Below the pieces are notes generated by a model that was not told the origin of the DNA, made no database searches, and saw only the letters and a program-made list of their open reading frames with translations. This document shows, one piece after another, positions 1-14,102 of a stretch of DNA of 64,000 nucleotides (position 1 is its first letter; each line of letters opens with the position of its first letter). The position numbers and the translations under genes were made by a program. Origin of the DNA: Chrysomallon squamiferum (taxonomy: Eukaryota; Animalia; Mollusca). Where the stretch lies: positions 26,226,001 through 26,290,000 of the forward strand of contig CM022673.1 in the NCBI GenBank assembly GCA_012295275.1, read 5' to 3'.

Positions 1-104
1 ACAATTCTGTAATAGTTCATATGTTAACATTACATGTGAAAAATATGTCACCAAAAAAACAAATTAAAAAATATATATATAAAAAAAAAAAAAAAAAAAC
101 GTAC

Positions 105-201
105 ACCGGGACCTCCTCTTGAGGGACATATCCTTCTTTAACACGACGGGGTTTCCGCCAGCTACCATCTGGTCGTCTGCTTCCAGGAATGAACAATTCC
201 C
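105..201 (-). CDS. PYM1: PYM1 coding exon 2 (Mago-binding domain); gene continues beyond the left edge
   Basis: Acceptor tttctatatcag|. Translation (G)[32 protein letters not shown] matches the PYM signature (human ..[25 protein letters not shown]). Donor GT|GTACGT. Confidence 0.95.
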
Positions 202-701
202 CTGATATAGAAACAAAAACATATAATTATGTGAATTTCCAACATATGTATTTCTTACATATGATATTGTCAGATATATGAACTGAAGTTAGGGAAATAT
301 TCACAGAATAAATTTCTAAAAAAAAAAAAAAACCTGCTTAATAATTATATTATTACATTTATATTGTTATTTATTCAGTATGCGGGGTTACTATCTGACA
401 ATTTGACAGTTTTAGTTAATTTGGCTCTTTAAATGGTAATTATCTGTTTGATTTTGTATTTTGCAGCGATTAAAAAAAGGGGGGAATTTTCCACAAAGAT
501 AACAAAAAGTCTGTTTATTTACCAAAAACAGTTCACGATTATGCTAGTATCACTGTCTCAGTGTCTGTCTGAAAGCTGGAATAGCTGTACCATTTAATAG
601 TGTGATAAAATGAACCCACATGTATGTGTAATGCAAACAATGAACGCAAATATTATTACAGAGTCTTTCTAGACAGTGGTGTTAAAACAATATTCGTATA
701 C

Positions 702-753
702 CTGTCTTTTCATCCCGCACTACACCTACTCTTTCTTCCGCAACTGTAGCCAT
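702..753 (-). CDS. PYM1: PYM1 (partner of Y14 and mago / WIBG) coding exon 1
   Basis: Minus-strand ATG at 753 reads MATVAEERVGVVRDEKT+G and ends at G|GTATAC (phase 1), in frame with the next exon. Confidence 0.85.
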
Positions 754-1647
754 TTCTACCAATATTTAGAGTTACGTCCCTTGATAGCCATCTAATTTTG
801 CGTACCGTAGATTTTGTTTGATAGTTTAAACATATTTCCCATATTATCTTGAACTGTTAAACTGTTAAATTGTGAAAAATTATTATTATTATTATTATTA
901 ATGTTACTTTTACAATTCTCATTAAATATTTGTTCACCGTTTAGTAAATATCATAAAGGCATAGATGTAAAAAAAAAAAAAATATTATAATCCTTAATGC
1001 ATGAATAACAAAACATTTGCGAATTTAATAATTAACCGGTAATTACTCAATACGTAAATCCAAAATTATTATTATTATTATTATTTTAACCACTACATAC
1101 ATACATACATACACACACCCACATACATACATACATACATGTATAAGCTTGGTTATAAATATAATTTAATTTAAAAAAAAATGTATTTTTTTTCTTTTTT
1201 TCAAGATGATGGGAAATAACAGAAGACTATTGTTACTGCACGAGATCTAATAATTATGTTATTTTCATGGTACAACTATCGCCTTCAGATTCCCAACGCT
1301 TGAAATCTATGGAGAAATTAATATTTTATTCCCATTACGAGTCTAATATGCATATAAATTAGTGATACTGTGGTAAAATACATCCAAATAATGAAATAGT
1401 CTGTACATAGTTTGAAGTTATCTGCATTTGGTACCAAAAAATAAATAAATAAATAAATAAATTAAATAATTTAAAAATAAAAATAGTGATAAATAAATAT
1501 CTTCCTATTTGAAATAACACGCTATGTATACGCTGGCTTTTAACAAATGGATGTAGTGAGATTAACAGTAATCAATATTAAAATGTCTTAAACTGATAAT
1601 ATCTGGTTGACATGTAGTAATTAAATGACCACTTACATTTCTCATGA

Positions 1648-1741
<94 letters not shown>

Positions 1742-2180
1742 CAAAATAAATACAGTGTGAAATTACTATTATTAATGAGCATTTACAGACGACGTATGAT
1801 ACAAATGTATTTTAAACCTTATGCCAACACTCGTAATGTACTAAATTAACCTTCTTTTGAAGTTTTCACAGAACAATGTTTTACGTACAGTGGTATTGTT
1901 TAGCCTTTTTATGATGTCATGATCTTTATGGCAGAACCATTTTGCAAAATGAGTAGAAAGATAGGAGGTACTTGAAAGCTAGGCCCGCAATAAACGTAGC
2001 TACGGTCGATAACACAAAGCACTGTATTTGAAGAGTGATAAGATCTTCGCGTAATAAACATGATTAACTTGTTGACCACCAGTCGACATAAAATAAACAG
2101 GATCAGTCGAGAAACACTGAGCCTAATTAAATCGATTTTTCTTCTTCCTGTAAATACAGAAAAAGAACAGTGTGTGTGTG

Positions 2181-2269
<89 letters not shown>

Positions 2270-2503
2270 TTTAAATTCAACATGTCTGTTCTCGGAATCA
2301 AAATTAATGTAATATAATAAAGCAGCAATATCAATAGTTGTAGTTTTAGCTTTAGTGTTAGCAATAATGATATGAAAAAATAATAAAATAACAAAATAAA
2401 TAATCGCTTTTGATTGCTAATGAATGAATGAATCAGTCAATGATAAAATTAATGAACGAATCAATGATAAATTAAGAACATCAGAAAAAAGATTGCGTTT
2501 TTC

Positions 2504-2548
<45 letters not shown>

Positions 2549-4109
2549 TTACATATACTTTAAGCTTGCAGAGGTCATGGCTGTCTTCATTATGATGACC
2601 TAAATGATCTTTATTCTCATTACGGCTGCAATCTGAACCAAGCTCTGCAAAGAATACAGCTTTTGTACAAAAATAGTGATGTAATGTTTAGAGAAAAATT
2701 CAGTTGTTTTATTGTACTTTTATATAATAATAAACAGTAAAAATAAATGTCTTTTTCTACTGTCAATTTAATTAATTTTATTATTATTATTAATTTTTTT
2801 TATTTAGTTAGTTTTCTTGTTGTTTTTTTTTTGTTTCAACATTATCATTATTAAACTTTATTTAAATATTGTTACATTTGAGAAGTATATAACATCTGGC
2901 TCAGTATAAAAATAAATGTAACTAATATAAATATAAGTAATACCAAAATAAAACAAAAAGCTTTTTTATTGAAAAAATTAATTAAATAAATATACGCATG
3001 CAGCCTAAGTAAAAATGCATACGATCTATACATTTCATATTTCTGGGCACAAAAACACACGCATACACACACTTTACACATGTGTAAACATGTGCATATA
3101 CTTATAATCACTACAGTATTACTAATACATATTAAAAAAAAAAAAAAAAAAACTGACCACCTATAATATCAAAACAACAGTTATGTAAATAAATTAGCAT
3201 ATATTATGAACACTATCTATCTTGCTGCGTCATATATAAACAAGATGTTCTGAAGCAGTTTATTAAATATAATTTTAACATAAAAAGCAAACTGATAATT
3301 AATGAAAGCAAACGTGAAATTAAACTTAACGAAAACAGAGAAATGGTAATAAATATTTCCACCGACTCTGTTGTATTCAAATAAAACTGGCCATCTTGCT
3401 AAGGAAAGGTTAAAAGAGACAATCTTGTATAAAACTCAGACTGTAAGATCCCCAAGGTACTTAGACACAATTCTTCATCATTTTTTTATCTGACAAATCT
3501 ACTATTTCAGTAGAGATGTTTTTTGGTTTGAGTTTTGAAATATTGTTAATTATCTTTGTTGTTGACATCAAAGGAACTGTTATCTACATTTTCCGAGAAA
3601 CTTTCAAATGTTTCTTATAACCTTTCCTTAATAAAGAAACAATTTCTACAAAACAAACAATAAACAAAAAAATAATATTGCAAAGGAAAAAAATCATAAA
3701 TGCAAAAGGAAAGCAAATTTCATGTGGTTTGGTGAAAAACACAAAATAAAACAAAAAAAAAATTGAAATTAAATACAGATTGAAAATGAAACTAAAACTA
3801 CAGACAAAAAAAAAAAAAAAAAAAAAAACTGAAATGAATAAAAAAAGAAAAAAAACATTAACAAAGCACAAATGATTTTTAAAAATGTCCCAAAACAAAA
3901 CAGTTTTTAAAAACTAGCACCACATTGATCGATGTACGTTTTTTTTTTCCTGCTAGACAAGCTTGGCACATCCCAGTATTTTTGTCTCCATACAGATTAA
4001 AAACTGTCCTATAACAACGTTAGCAGCAAAACTGACCTCATGTAGAGATAACAAATCATCATATTCAAGCATGAACTTACAGAAATTGCATTGGACACTG
4101 AATTTATCG

Positions 4110-4191
<82 letters not shown>

Positions 4192-4781
4192 GATTATTAG
4201 AGTTCTTGTTCTTGTTGTATTTGCCAAGATATTTTGGTAACATTAATTTTTAATGCTGGGGTTATTGAGTGTTATAAAACATTGGTTCTTGCACCATAAT
4301 ATAAACTGTCTCTCAGTACCTTATGCTTTAATACAGAAATATCTGCGAAGAATAATCAACAAATAAAACTCACCTATTAAAGGAGACATTGTCTGAAGTA
4401 AATAGAGAGAATTAATGCTTCCAAAAAACTGTTAATAATTTGACATTTTTTCAGTGTTAAATAATTAATTATAAACCAATGTTATTCTGGTTTACAATCT
4501 CAGCTCACTACATTTTAACAAGAGTTTAATAATTTCTGCTTCAGGTTTTCCTACCATGTTTAAATAAACAATTTCAATAAGAATACATTAATTAATAGTT
4601 TCCACTTTGATTTTGAACAGCATGCTATATAATTTCCACTTTGATTTTTGAATAGATTTACGTCATGCTAGCCTGATCTGTTTTTGCATAACACATTGTA
4701 AAATGATTATTATTTATATTTGTTTTCTAAACGTAAGTTAAATCTAAAACATCATGATTATGAATAAATAAATAATAATAA

Positions 4782-4822
<41 letters not shown>

Positions 4823-5487
4823 CACCAATAACAATAATTATAACAACAGATATATTTGGCAATGAATGAATCCCCAAAAAGCTGTCATGAAGATGCCGAC
4901 TACATGAAAATGTCCTCAGGCTAGACTACATTTTCATGTAATTGAACGTTCAGGAAAAAGTGATAACGCGAAATTGCCATGATAATGAGCAAAATAACTC
5001 CTGAAATTTTTTTTTTTTTTTTTTTTATAATAACCGGTGTCGTTAAACAATGAATAACAACAAAGTGCAGTCGATGACCTTTTCATCGATATCGAGAGAG
5101 CCACCTAAAAATAACGAGTGAACTAAATATTGACTATAAAAAGTTACGGTATAAAAAAAAAAGAAAAAGATTTGATCCAGTGACAATTTTATTTATTTTA
5201 AGATGGTTTAACACACAACCAAAGCTGTTTCTGCTAATCCGTCTCACCTGAATAGACTATTACCAGAATAGAAGGAGAGATGCTGCATTAAAGGAAAACA
5301 AAAAACAAAAATTTCAATAGTCTAAAACGTATACATTGAGAGAAAAGACCAAGGGAAAAAAAAAATGTCAAGAGTCTAAAACGTATACATTCAGAGAAAA
5401 GACCAAAGTGCAGAACCGTGAAAATATTTATTTATTTATTTATTTATTTATTAGTGATTTTTTTTTTTTAACCAAAATCTATTACGA

Positions 5488-5816
5488 ATGATCATGGTTC
5501 GAGTGCATGCAGTCGTATCTTTGATACTTGCATCAGGTGTGTGTGGACTGTCTTTCAGTGATCGCAGATCTGGACTTCTTGCAAAGGTAACCGAGTTCAA
5601 CGACAAACTGGTCACCACTCAAACAAACGTTGTTGACAAAAGAGAGGACGTCGGTTCTCTCATATTATGTGCTATGCTTTGTTTTGACACTGAAACGTGT
5701 GGGTCATTTTTTTACGTGAAGACGTCCAAACCTCTGCCAGCTGCACAGCGTCCTCTTTGTTGACGTCACCGATGCAGTGGATGCGACAGGCAGCGTCTAT
5801 TTTCAGGTTACCGAAG
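5488..5816 (+). CDS. PAN/apple + C-type lectin protein, exon 1 (signal peptide + PAN/apple-like domain); +1 frameshift at about 5718-5733
   Basis: Hydrophobic leader MIMVRVHAVVSLILASGVCG, then CAMLC-x5-C-xxFFY. Removing one base near TCCAAACCTC continues as LCQLHSVLFVDVTDAVDATGSVYFQVTE to donor G|GTAAAT (phase 1). Confidence 0.75.
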
Positions 5817-5972
5817 GTAAATATATTTGTTTATTTGGTTAGTTAGTTAGTTAGTTAGTTAGTTGAGTGTCTTGTTTCAGATGTATCTCGGCGACTGGTG
5901 TATTAATGGTTATAGTACGTGCTCTCTTCTCTGTAGGAAATGATCGAGTTTCTTTTTATTATAATTACTGAA

Positions 5973-6008
<36 letters not shown>

Positions 6009-6092
6009 TAACAATAACAATAACAACAACATCAATAATAACAATAATAATAAATCGTAGTAGTAGTTAGTAGTAGTAGTAGTAGTAGTAGT

Positions 6093-6164
<72 letters not shown>

Positions 6165-6207
6165 ATAAAAACTGGTATTTAAAAAAAAAAGAAAAAAAAA
6201 AGAAAAA

Positions 6208-6243
<36 letters not shown>

Positions 6244-6740
6244 TGAAGAAACGAAAAACCGAAGACTTATAACAATTTCTTTTTATTGATGACTGGAGAT
6301 AAATTAATCTTTTATACCTTTCATCGAGATTTTTATTTATTTTAATTTATTAAAAAAAAAAAAAAAACCACATAATATTTTCCAAAAGTGATTTTTTTGT
6401 TGTTTTATTTTATATCATACAGTATTGTACTGTATTGTACTGTATTATCTCGTATTAAACTGTATAGCATTATGTTATATAACATCATATCATATATTAT
6501 ATTATCATATTTTAATATTTGGTTTCCTTCCACTAGTTAATGTGTCATGCATGCTAACGAGTTTCTCTGTGAAATTGCTTGATTGCTGGCTGGGAGATTT
6601 ATTTAACCAAATACTTCGTTTGGTAAATGTAATTAAAGTATTTGGGGAACTTAATTAATGAACCCGGGGAGAAACAAACCATCAGTTCAGAAACTTCATA
6701 ACCATGAGTGATTTTAAAATGTCTTTTTAAATTATTATTA

Positions 6741-6853
<113 letters not shown>

Positions 6854-6912
6854 ATTATTATTATTATGTTAAAACTGTTGGTTATTCGGATAATTTTATT
6901 TCCCTACCGCAC

Positions 6913-7005
<93 letters not shown>

Positions 7006-7094
7006 TCTCTCTCTCTCATTCTCTAAGATTATAGCTTGATGACTATAAATAAAATATGTAAACAGATGCAGAACAATATTTAAATTTTTCATAG

Positions 7095-7280
7095 ACTGGT
7101 GCCCGCATGATATTGGCTACGTAGTTTACAGACCTCTGGAACTCTGCTACAAACCGCACAAGGAAGAAAAGAAACACGCAGAGGCAGAAACGGTCTGTGA
7201 AACTGAAGGTGGAACTTTGGCGATGGTTAAAAACGAGACGATTTTCAGCCATTTGTATGACTTCCTGCGAGCATCTTCAA
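7095..7280 (+). CDS. C-type lectin gene exon 2 (N-terminal half of the lectin domain)
   Basis: Acceptor tttttcatag|, phase 1. Reads DWCPHDIGYVVYRPLELCYKPHKEEKKHAEAETVCETEGGTLAMVKNETIFSHLYDFLRASS, with the lectin-domain CP..CY..A..C...GG.LA pattern. Donor A|GTAAGG. Confidence 0.85.
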
Positions 7281-8110
7281 GTAAGGCGTAACACACAAAC
7301 AAAACAAGTTTAATTTATTATTAAAACAGAGGTATAGAATGTGATTGAAGAAATCATTTTGAAAAGTTGAGTATTTTGTTGCAATAATGTTAATTCTCTT
7401 AACGAGTATCCCAAATACTAATGCCTTTCTGAAGGTTTTTTTTTTTTTTCATTCACATTTCTTGGCTCCTTTGCGGTTTAACCATGTTAAATCACTCTCA
7501 CAAAAAGGTTAGGAACAATCAGTTCAGTAACTAAAAGGAATTAAATACTAAATTTAGTGTCTACATTATCATCGCCATCATCATCATTTATTTATTTATT
7601 TGTTTGTTTGCTTGTTTGTTTGTTTGTTTATATATATTCTTATTTTTGTTCTGGTTGGACAGAAACTGAAAAAAATTAGATGTTCGTTCATTTATATGGT
7701 TAAGGCTTAACCAAAAATTAATCCGTTGCGCTATGATAAATGTTTGAAATGTTAAAGAATTAAATCTATTCCTTCTTTGAATTAAGTAAATATTAATTTC
7801 TTCTCAGTAGATCGTGCTGACAAATATTCTGAAAAAAAGGTTTCATTCTGATGAAAAGTACATTACCGAGGCATGTCTGACACCCCGGAGGATCAAACCA
7901 TCTTGGCGTGCCTGTTTGTCTATTTTCCCATTCCACCCAGTACCCTATAATTGGCTTTTTATCGTTATTATTAACTGATAGCAGTATCCTTTAATTTATA
8001 CACCTTTTCTCAATCGTATCAGGTAAATATGTCACAAACACCAGACACATAACAACCGTAAACATTAAAAATCTGTTGAGATATATTTACATATTCTTTT
8101 ATTCGTTCAG

Positions 8111-8333
8111 GTCTGAGATTAACACATTTCCAGATGGGAGCAGACGACATCGAGGTTCAAGGTCAACTGAGGTGGCCTGACAACTCTTCGGTGACCTGGA
8201 CTAACTGGGCGGAAGGGAACCTTCCCATGATACAGAGCGGTGCACGGCCTTGGCGTGGTTCTACTATTTCAAATGGAATGACATTCCCTGCGATTATCTT
8301 TTTAGCTTTCTTTGTCAGATTGTAAAACCATGA
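8111..8333 (+). CDS. C-type lectin gene exon 3 (C-terminal half of the lectin domain); -1 frameshift at the G run 8215-8217
   Basis: Acceptor attcgttcag|. Reads LRLTHFQMGADDIEVQGQLRWPDNSSVTWTNWAEG; with one G restored it continues EPSHDTERCTALAWFYYFKWNDIPCDYLFSFLCQIVKP*. EPS and WND motifs present. AATAAA at 8505-8510. Confidence 0.85.
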
Positions 8334-9116
8334 AGAAAATGAAAAGACGTTTGTTAATTTTTAAACGTAAAACCTGTAACGATATATATATATATATATA
8401 CATATATAAAACTCTGTTAAAATACATGTGAATATTAGTAAAGGTTGAAGTAATTTCGTTGTTGAATTTCTTTTTGTTCTTGTTTGCATCAAGTATTCGA
8501 AACAAATAAAACAATCAAAAGTAAAACACTTAAAAGCAAATTATTATACATCATGCAATAGAATAATTTTGTTGGAGCTCACAGTATCGTTAGGTAAAAG
8601 TGTATTTTAAATAACTACATTTTATTATGATCGTAAATGCTGATGAAGTAATAACAGTTTCTCACTTGAAGATTCATCTAACGTTTTTGGCCAGGAAAAG
8701 CGATTAAAACTGACTGGTTTTTATTTATGACGAGCAACAGGTAACAATGACACTACAACTGTTTATAGTTTCTACATCTACACTGAATTTTACATTGCTG
8801 CTTATCACTGTGTGCAGAAAATATTGACACTTGTAGTAAAACATCTGATTCCGCATTTTACGTAATGTTGTCAAATTTAGTGGGAATATTGAAAATGACA
8901 ACCGACATGATAGAGAAAAAAAAAGAAGAAGAAGAGAGATGCGAGTGAATTATCAATATTTTCATCTTACTGACAAATCCAATAAACGCTAAATTCCACT
9001 GCAATAAGAAAATTTAAAATGATTTCCCATATTCAGTAATGTATCAAGTAAATTATGACCAACCGACAATTTACTGGTTATGTCCCTTTAGCTGTAAGTC
9101 CGCCTAATTCAACTCT

Positions 9117-9149
<33 letters not shown>

Positions 9150-10399
9150 ACAATAAAGTAGATAAAATAAGGATTTTATTTTCGTGCAGTAGTTGTTGTA
9201 ATTGCAGTTCAAAACTGGAACTGACAAGAAAAAAAAAAAAAAGAGAATAATAATAATACCATAATGATATAACTATTGCAGAATCCTAGAAGATAAATAC
9301 AGGTTTGTCAGCATGTTTGTTCTGCTTTCTATAAATACGTCACAACAGAAATCAGTTTGTTTTTGATGGGCATCGTTAACAAAACTTAACTGAGTAAAAG
9401 ATAAAGAGTTATTGGTTTATTTTACATCACATACAGAGATATACGAAATGTTTCAATAAGAATCATTATAGAGAGAAAAACATGACAATTATTAGCAACC
9501 CCCCTCCCCCCAGATATTAATGATCTTCAGCGTCAGCATGATAGATTTGTGTTTTTATTTGTTTATTTTGTTTTTATTTTGTTTTGGTTTAATTTTTTTT
9601 ATTTTTTTATTTTTTATTTTTTTACACCAGTCGTAAGACTTTTGTTCTTTCTTTCTTTCATTTCTTCTTTATTTCTTTCTTTATTTCTTTATTTATTTCT
9701 TTAAATTTCTTATTTTACAGCCCTTCTCTCAGTATCTTTTTTGTATAGCTCTGTTTGATCTATTTCGTTAGCAGTTTTCCTGTTCTAGGTTATCGTTCTT
9801 GAATTACGCCCTCTACTTACATCATCTGTTTATGCATTATTGGCATGTATAAACTTTGAAGAAATATTTTCTCTCTCGTTGTATCATAGATCGAGTGGCA
9901 TACGTAAGGTATGGCAGGCAAGGCACTAAATTTAACTCTTATTTTTGAGCTGATTTAATGTTAAAGTTATCTGAAAGATGGGTGGTAGATTTTTGGATAG
10001 GTGCGAAATTTTATAGGTACCATTTCTCGTATATATATATCGCCTGCAGAGATCAGTTTGTTAATGATGGATAGTAGTTATAAATTAAAACATAATTTGT
10101 TTTCCATAGTTTATAATTCAGTTATTATTTTATTTTATTTTATTTTATTTTATTTTATTTTATTTATTTTTAATATTATTAATTTAATTTAATTTAATTT
10201 AATTATTTATCATTCATTTTGTCGGATATAATCAACTTACGAAAATAACAGTAAATTAAAGGAATGAAAGAGAATCGTAAAAACCGATTAATCAAACGTC
10301 TGCCAGCTACGTAATCGAGTACTTACATCCGACGACGTCATGATCTTACTGTATTTTGAAGCATCTTCGCAAAAGCAGGGGCGCACGTACAACGTATTT

Positions 10400-10510
10400 T
10401 GAACAACCAGTCCTGCTACTTCAACGGGGAAATAGGTAAAGAAGGGCACATCGTTGAAGAACGATTACGCCTCGAGGCCTGCACTCTAACCAATGAGCTA
10501 TATAACCCGC
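10400..10510 (-). mobile_element. tRNA-derived SINE head fragment
   Basis: Reverse strand reads GCGGGTTATATAGCTCATTGGTTAGAGTGC (box A-like) followed by a decayed body; no full cloverleaf. Confidence 0.5.
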
Positions 10511-11269
10511 TGTCAGGGCTTTAGCACAGAGAAATTAAATACTGTACTGAGAAACTCTTTGTAACGAAGCCTGTAGCGACTTGTTGGTAATGAAGCTAGA
10601 TTTAGACTCTGCAGCAGGTAACACTGGGTGACAACCGGTCTTCATGTGGCTCTGAATGATTAGCACAAGATTCGTGGTAACTGTGTAATTATTAAAGATC
10701 TCGTCTTTATTACCATGACATTTCGTGATCGTTTATTCTTTTTTTTTTTTTTTTTTTTTTTTACTGTTTTATTCGGTGTAAATATATGAATGATATGTTT
10801 AAAAACGTTGATTTCTTATTCAAGCCCCAAAATTACGAATGTTTATTTTTTTCACTATTATTATTATTTGATATATTATTATCAAGAGGCTTTTCGTTTA
10901 CGATAATGTCGTTCAAGGCAATGGTTTTAAAAATATATATATATATATATATTTGAATCTATATTTTTAAAAATACAACACTTTATGAAATACACAGTAA
11001 ATCTGTAATTACCTCTACAGCTTCATTACTTTTTGCTAGTGGGAAAATGTTTTAATATAAACTGTTTTAAAAAAAAAATGTAACTTAATAATCGATAAAA
11101 ATTTTAAAAAACAAAACAACAAAACTCCCCTCAAAAACCCATAAAAAAACAAACATGCTCTGTGATGATGGTTACAGAATCAAAGACCACGTGAAGTCCT
11201 TGAAGCAAAATGAGCAAATAGTGAAGCAAAAACATGAGAAAACAGAAGTCGACAGTTTTGGTAATGACA

Positions 11270-11820
11270 TTGTTATGGAATCGGCAGCAGTAATCTGTTA
11301 TGGTGGTACAACGACTCTTTGGTTTTGTTGCATGTCCCACGACGGGGTTCACATACCGGGATCCTGCAGTATGACGTCATAAGTTTGTCAAAGATGGAGC
11401 GTTGCAGTACGTTAGTACCCCAATCATGTATTGCACGTGTTAGTCGGAAGTATTTGCACTACGTCCAACTACCACAACGTCCAAATAGCACACTGGCGTG
11501 CCCGTTCAGCGGATTTAAACCCATTAGCACGTGCATCGGAAAATTCCATCACACGTGACCCTCCGTGACCCTTGTCGTTTTGCAACATGACAGGAAGAAC
11601 GTGTTGTGCAACGTTTTGATTATTTCCGTGTATAGCTGTTGTCAAGATGTTATTAGGACTCAATGCAGTCAAAACCTCTGCTGACATATTGCCCACCCCT
11701 TTGTCACGCTGTTGTATGATTCCCAGAGAAACTGTTTCTGTCCTGTTCAGACTAATCTACTTCCCGTGTCGTCTTGATCTCTGATTGCTTGTGTCATGTC
11801 TGCCATGGGAGGTTGTTTAT
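11270..11820. promoter_or_regulatory. GC/CpG-richer island with CRE, CCAAT and three CACGTG E-boxes
   Basis: TGACGTCA at 11372-11379, CCAAT near 11420, CACGTG at 11434, 11528 and 11552. No credible ORF. Confidence 0.45.
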
Positions 11821-12246
11821 TATTAGACTTGAAAACCAGTGTCAGGTCTGTTTGAGAGTTTTTATTTATTTATTTTGAAGAGAGTATTAAAAAAAAAAAA
11901 AAATGTAATTCGGTTTTAATTGACACAGAACAAACAATACTGCTGGATCAAAAGCTAGCAAATGATCTAGTTCAAATTACCATCTGCGAAGATCGAGACA
12001 TTGGGAATCGTAAAACTGATGTTTATTAACGGCTGATTTTTATTCCTCGAGTGTTGAGCAGCAAAACTAAAAACATCTCTGACATTGGTTAAACATGGAT
12101 CATTTGCCGAATCAGTAAATTAAAATACACTGCAAGTAATTTTATACATTTTATTGTTGTCAAAATGCTTGTCATGGTGATGGATACGTTATTTTTAGAG
12201 CACATCATAATCGGAAATTATCTCAGTACTGATATTTTTGTCGTGG

Positions 12247-12277
<31 letters not shown>

Positions 12278-13364
12278 GTTGTTCTTTTCAGAAAGGAAAA
12301 GAGTTTTCTGTTAATTATTAAGAATTGTTCCGCCCAAAACAATACTCAGTAAAACAACTGTCCTTCTTGTCTTGCAGCTGACGATCATTTATCTTCGTAA
12401 CGGTTTATTTTACATCACGAAAAGCCCTCAGTGTCGCTGATAAGAAACGTTTCCATTTTCAGCGTGCATGTTCACAGAGTCATTTTGCTGCATTTGAAAC
12501 CACAGATTACGACAGCAGTGTGAATCCATCTAAAATAAAATAGATATATTTAACCACAGAGTTCAGTATTTATTTTTCATCATGCAGATTTTTTTGTATC
12601 CACTTCGGTACTGTTTAATAATTTTTTAAAAACATAAAATAAATTCTCAAGTGTTTGTGTTGAGGTTTGAGTGGTAAAAGTTTATATTTGCGACAATCTC
12701 CGTTATTTATTCATCGTTTTGAACAAATAAAGTCTTATAATAAGCTGTATGCTGGAGACTTACAAATGAAATTATTGATTATGTCTGAAAGAGTTTTGTT
12801 TCAGATACTTAAGTCTGTTTGACGATTAAAATGCCGTTACTCAGAAAATAATCGATATTATTTATTGTGTGTCCTCTGAAGCAAAACTATTGTGGAAAAA
12901 AAAAAATATCAGATATTTGTATTCAGATACAGGGAAATACGTGGTTATAACTATTAAATCTTTTAATCAGTTCGGAAAGCCACATGATCCATGATAACAT
13001 TTTTGTATTGAGTCCATGCGCGTTTCGTGAATAGTTTGAACCTTTCAAATCAGTTTGTCTTTCAGGAGAAATAAACTAGACAGGAACATTTTGAATAATC
13101 TGTGATGTATCAGAAGTGATTGCCCGTAATATATCAGTGAAGTAGCCTGGGTTTTAGACAACAGTGAAAATATGATTTTATCAGGTATTATTTTTGAATT
13201 ACGATTTCATTTCTGCACAAGCGAATCTGAAAAGAAAAAGTGTCTTCTGTGGATACACCTTTACAGTGGACCAGTAATGTGTCAGTTTAGACCGTTATTC
13301 AAAATTTTGTTTCTAATCAGACGATTGAGTGCTCTGTTATAATAGCTAAAATGTCATTTAGCAA

Positions 13365-13680
13365 AAACATTCAGCACTGTTTCATATAGAAAGTATTTCT
13401 TTCAACCAGATTCTGAATAAAAAAGGATTGTTCACCAAAATTCTGCACACAAAAAGTACATCCAGAAAAAATGTCATTCATCAAAGTTCGATATAAAAAA
13501 ACCCATTCATTAACAAGTTCTTATTTGAAAAACGTGCATTCTTAACAAAGTTGTATATAAAAAGAATTTCATTCAGCAAACGTTTATATAGAAAACGTTC
13601 ATTCAGAAAAATTCTGTACAGAAGATTCCTTCTTCAAACACACACGCACACGCACACACGCACGCACGCACGCACACGTA

Positions 13681-13711
<31 letters not shown>

Positions 13712-13780
13712 TAATAATAATAATCTTCGTTCACTAAAGCTTCAATAGAAGAGTCATTCAGCAAAATTTTCACATAGTAT
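13365..13780. repeat. Old, highly decayed ~30-bp tandem repeat
   Basis: Recurrent CATTCAGCAAAATTCTGTATAGAAAA-like motif. Confidence 0.5.
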
Positions 13781-13991
13781 TATTGATCCAATAAAACTAC
13801 TCGTTGGAATAAATGTATCTCCTTTTTACTTCTTTTTCCTTTTTGCTTGAATTCACTCTCATTTCCAGTGCAATCACAATCTGAACATAACTTATTTGTG
13901 TGGATTTACACTCCGGTATCGTAACTCGCAATAATAGCTGAATCTTTGATACACTGAACTGTGTAAAAACGATATCAGAACGATATCATCT

Positions 13992-14102
<111 letters not shown>

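Noticed and set aside
4377-4920. Kolobok-like element starting TTAAAGGAGACA
   Set aside because: No convincing matching right end or TTAA duplication found.
10440-10510. tRNA gene on the minus strand
   Set aside because: Only a box A/D-arm-like part is present, with no T-arm or acceptor stem; better explained as a SINE head.
11131-11696. Overlapping 73-79 aa ORFs as protein genes
   Set aside because: No recognisable domain or exon boundaries; explained by locally higher GC.
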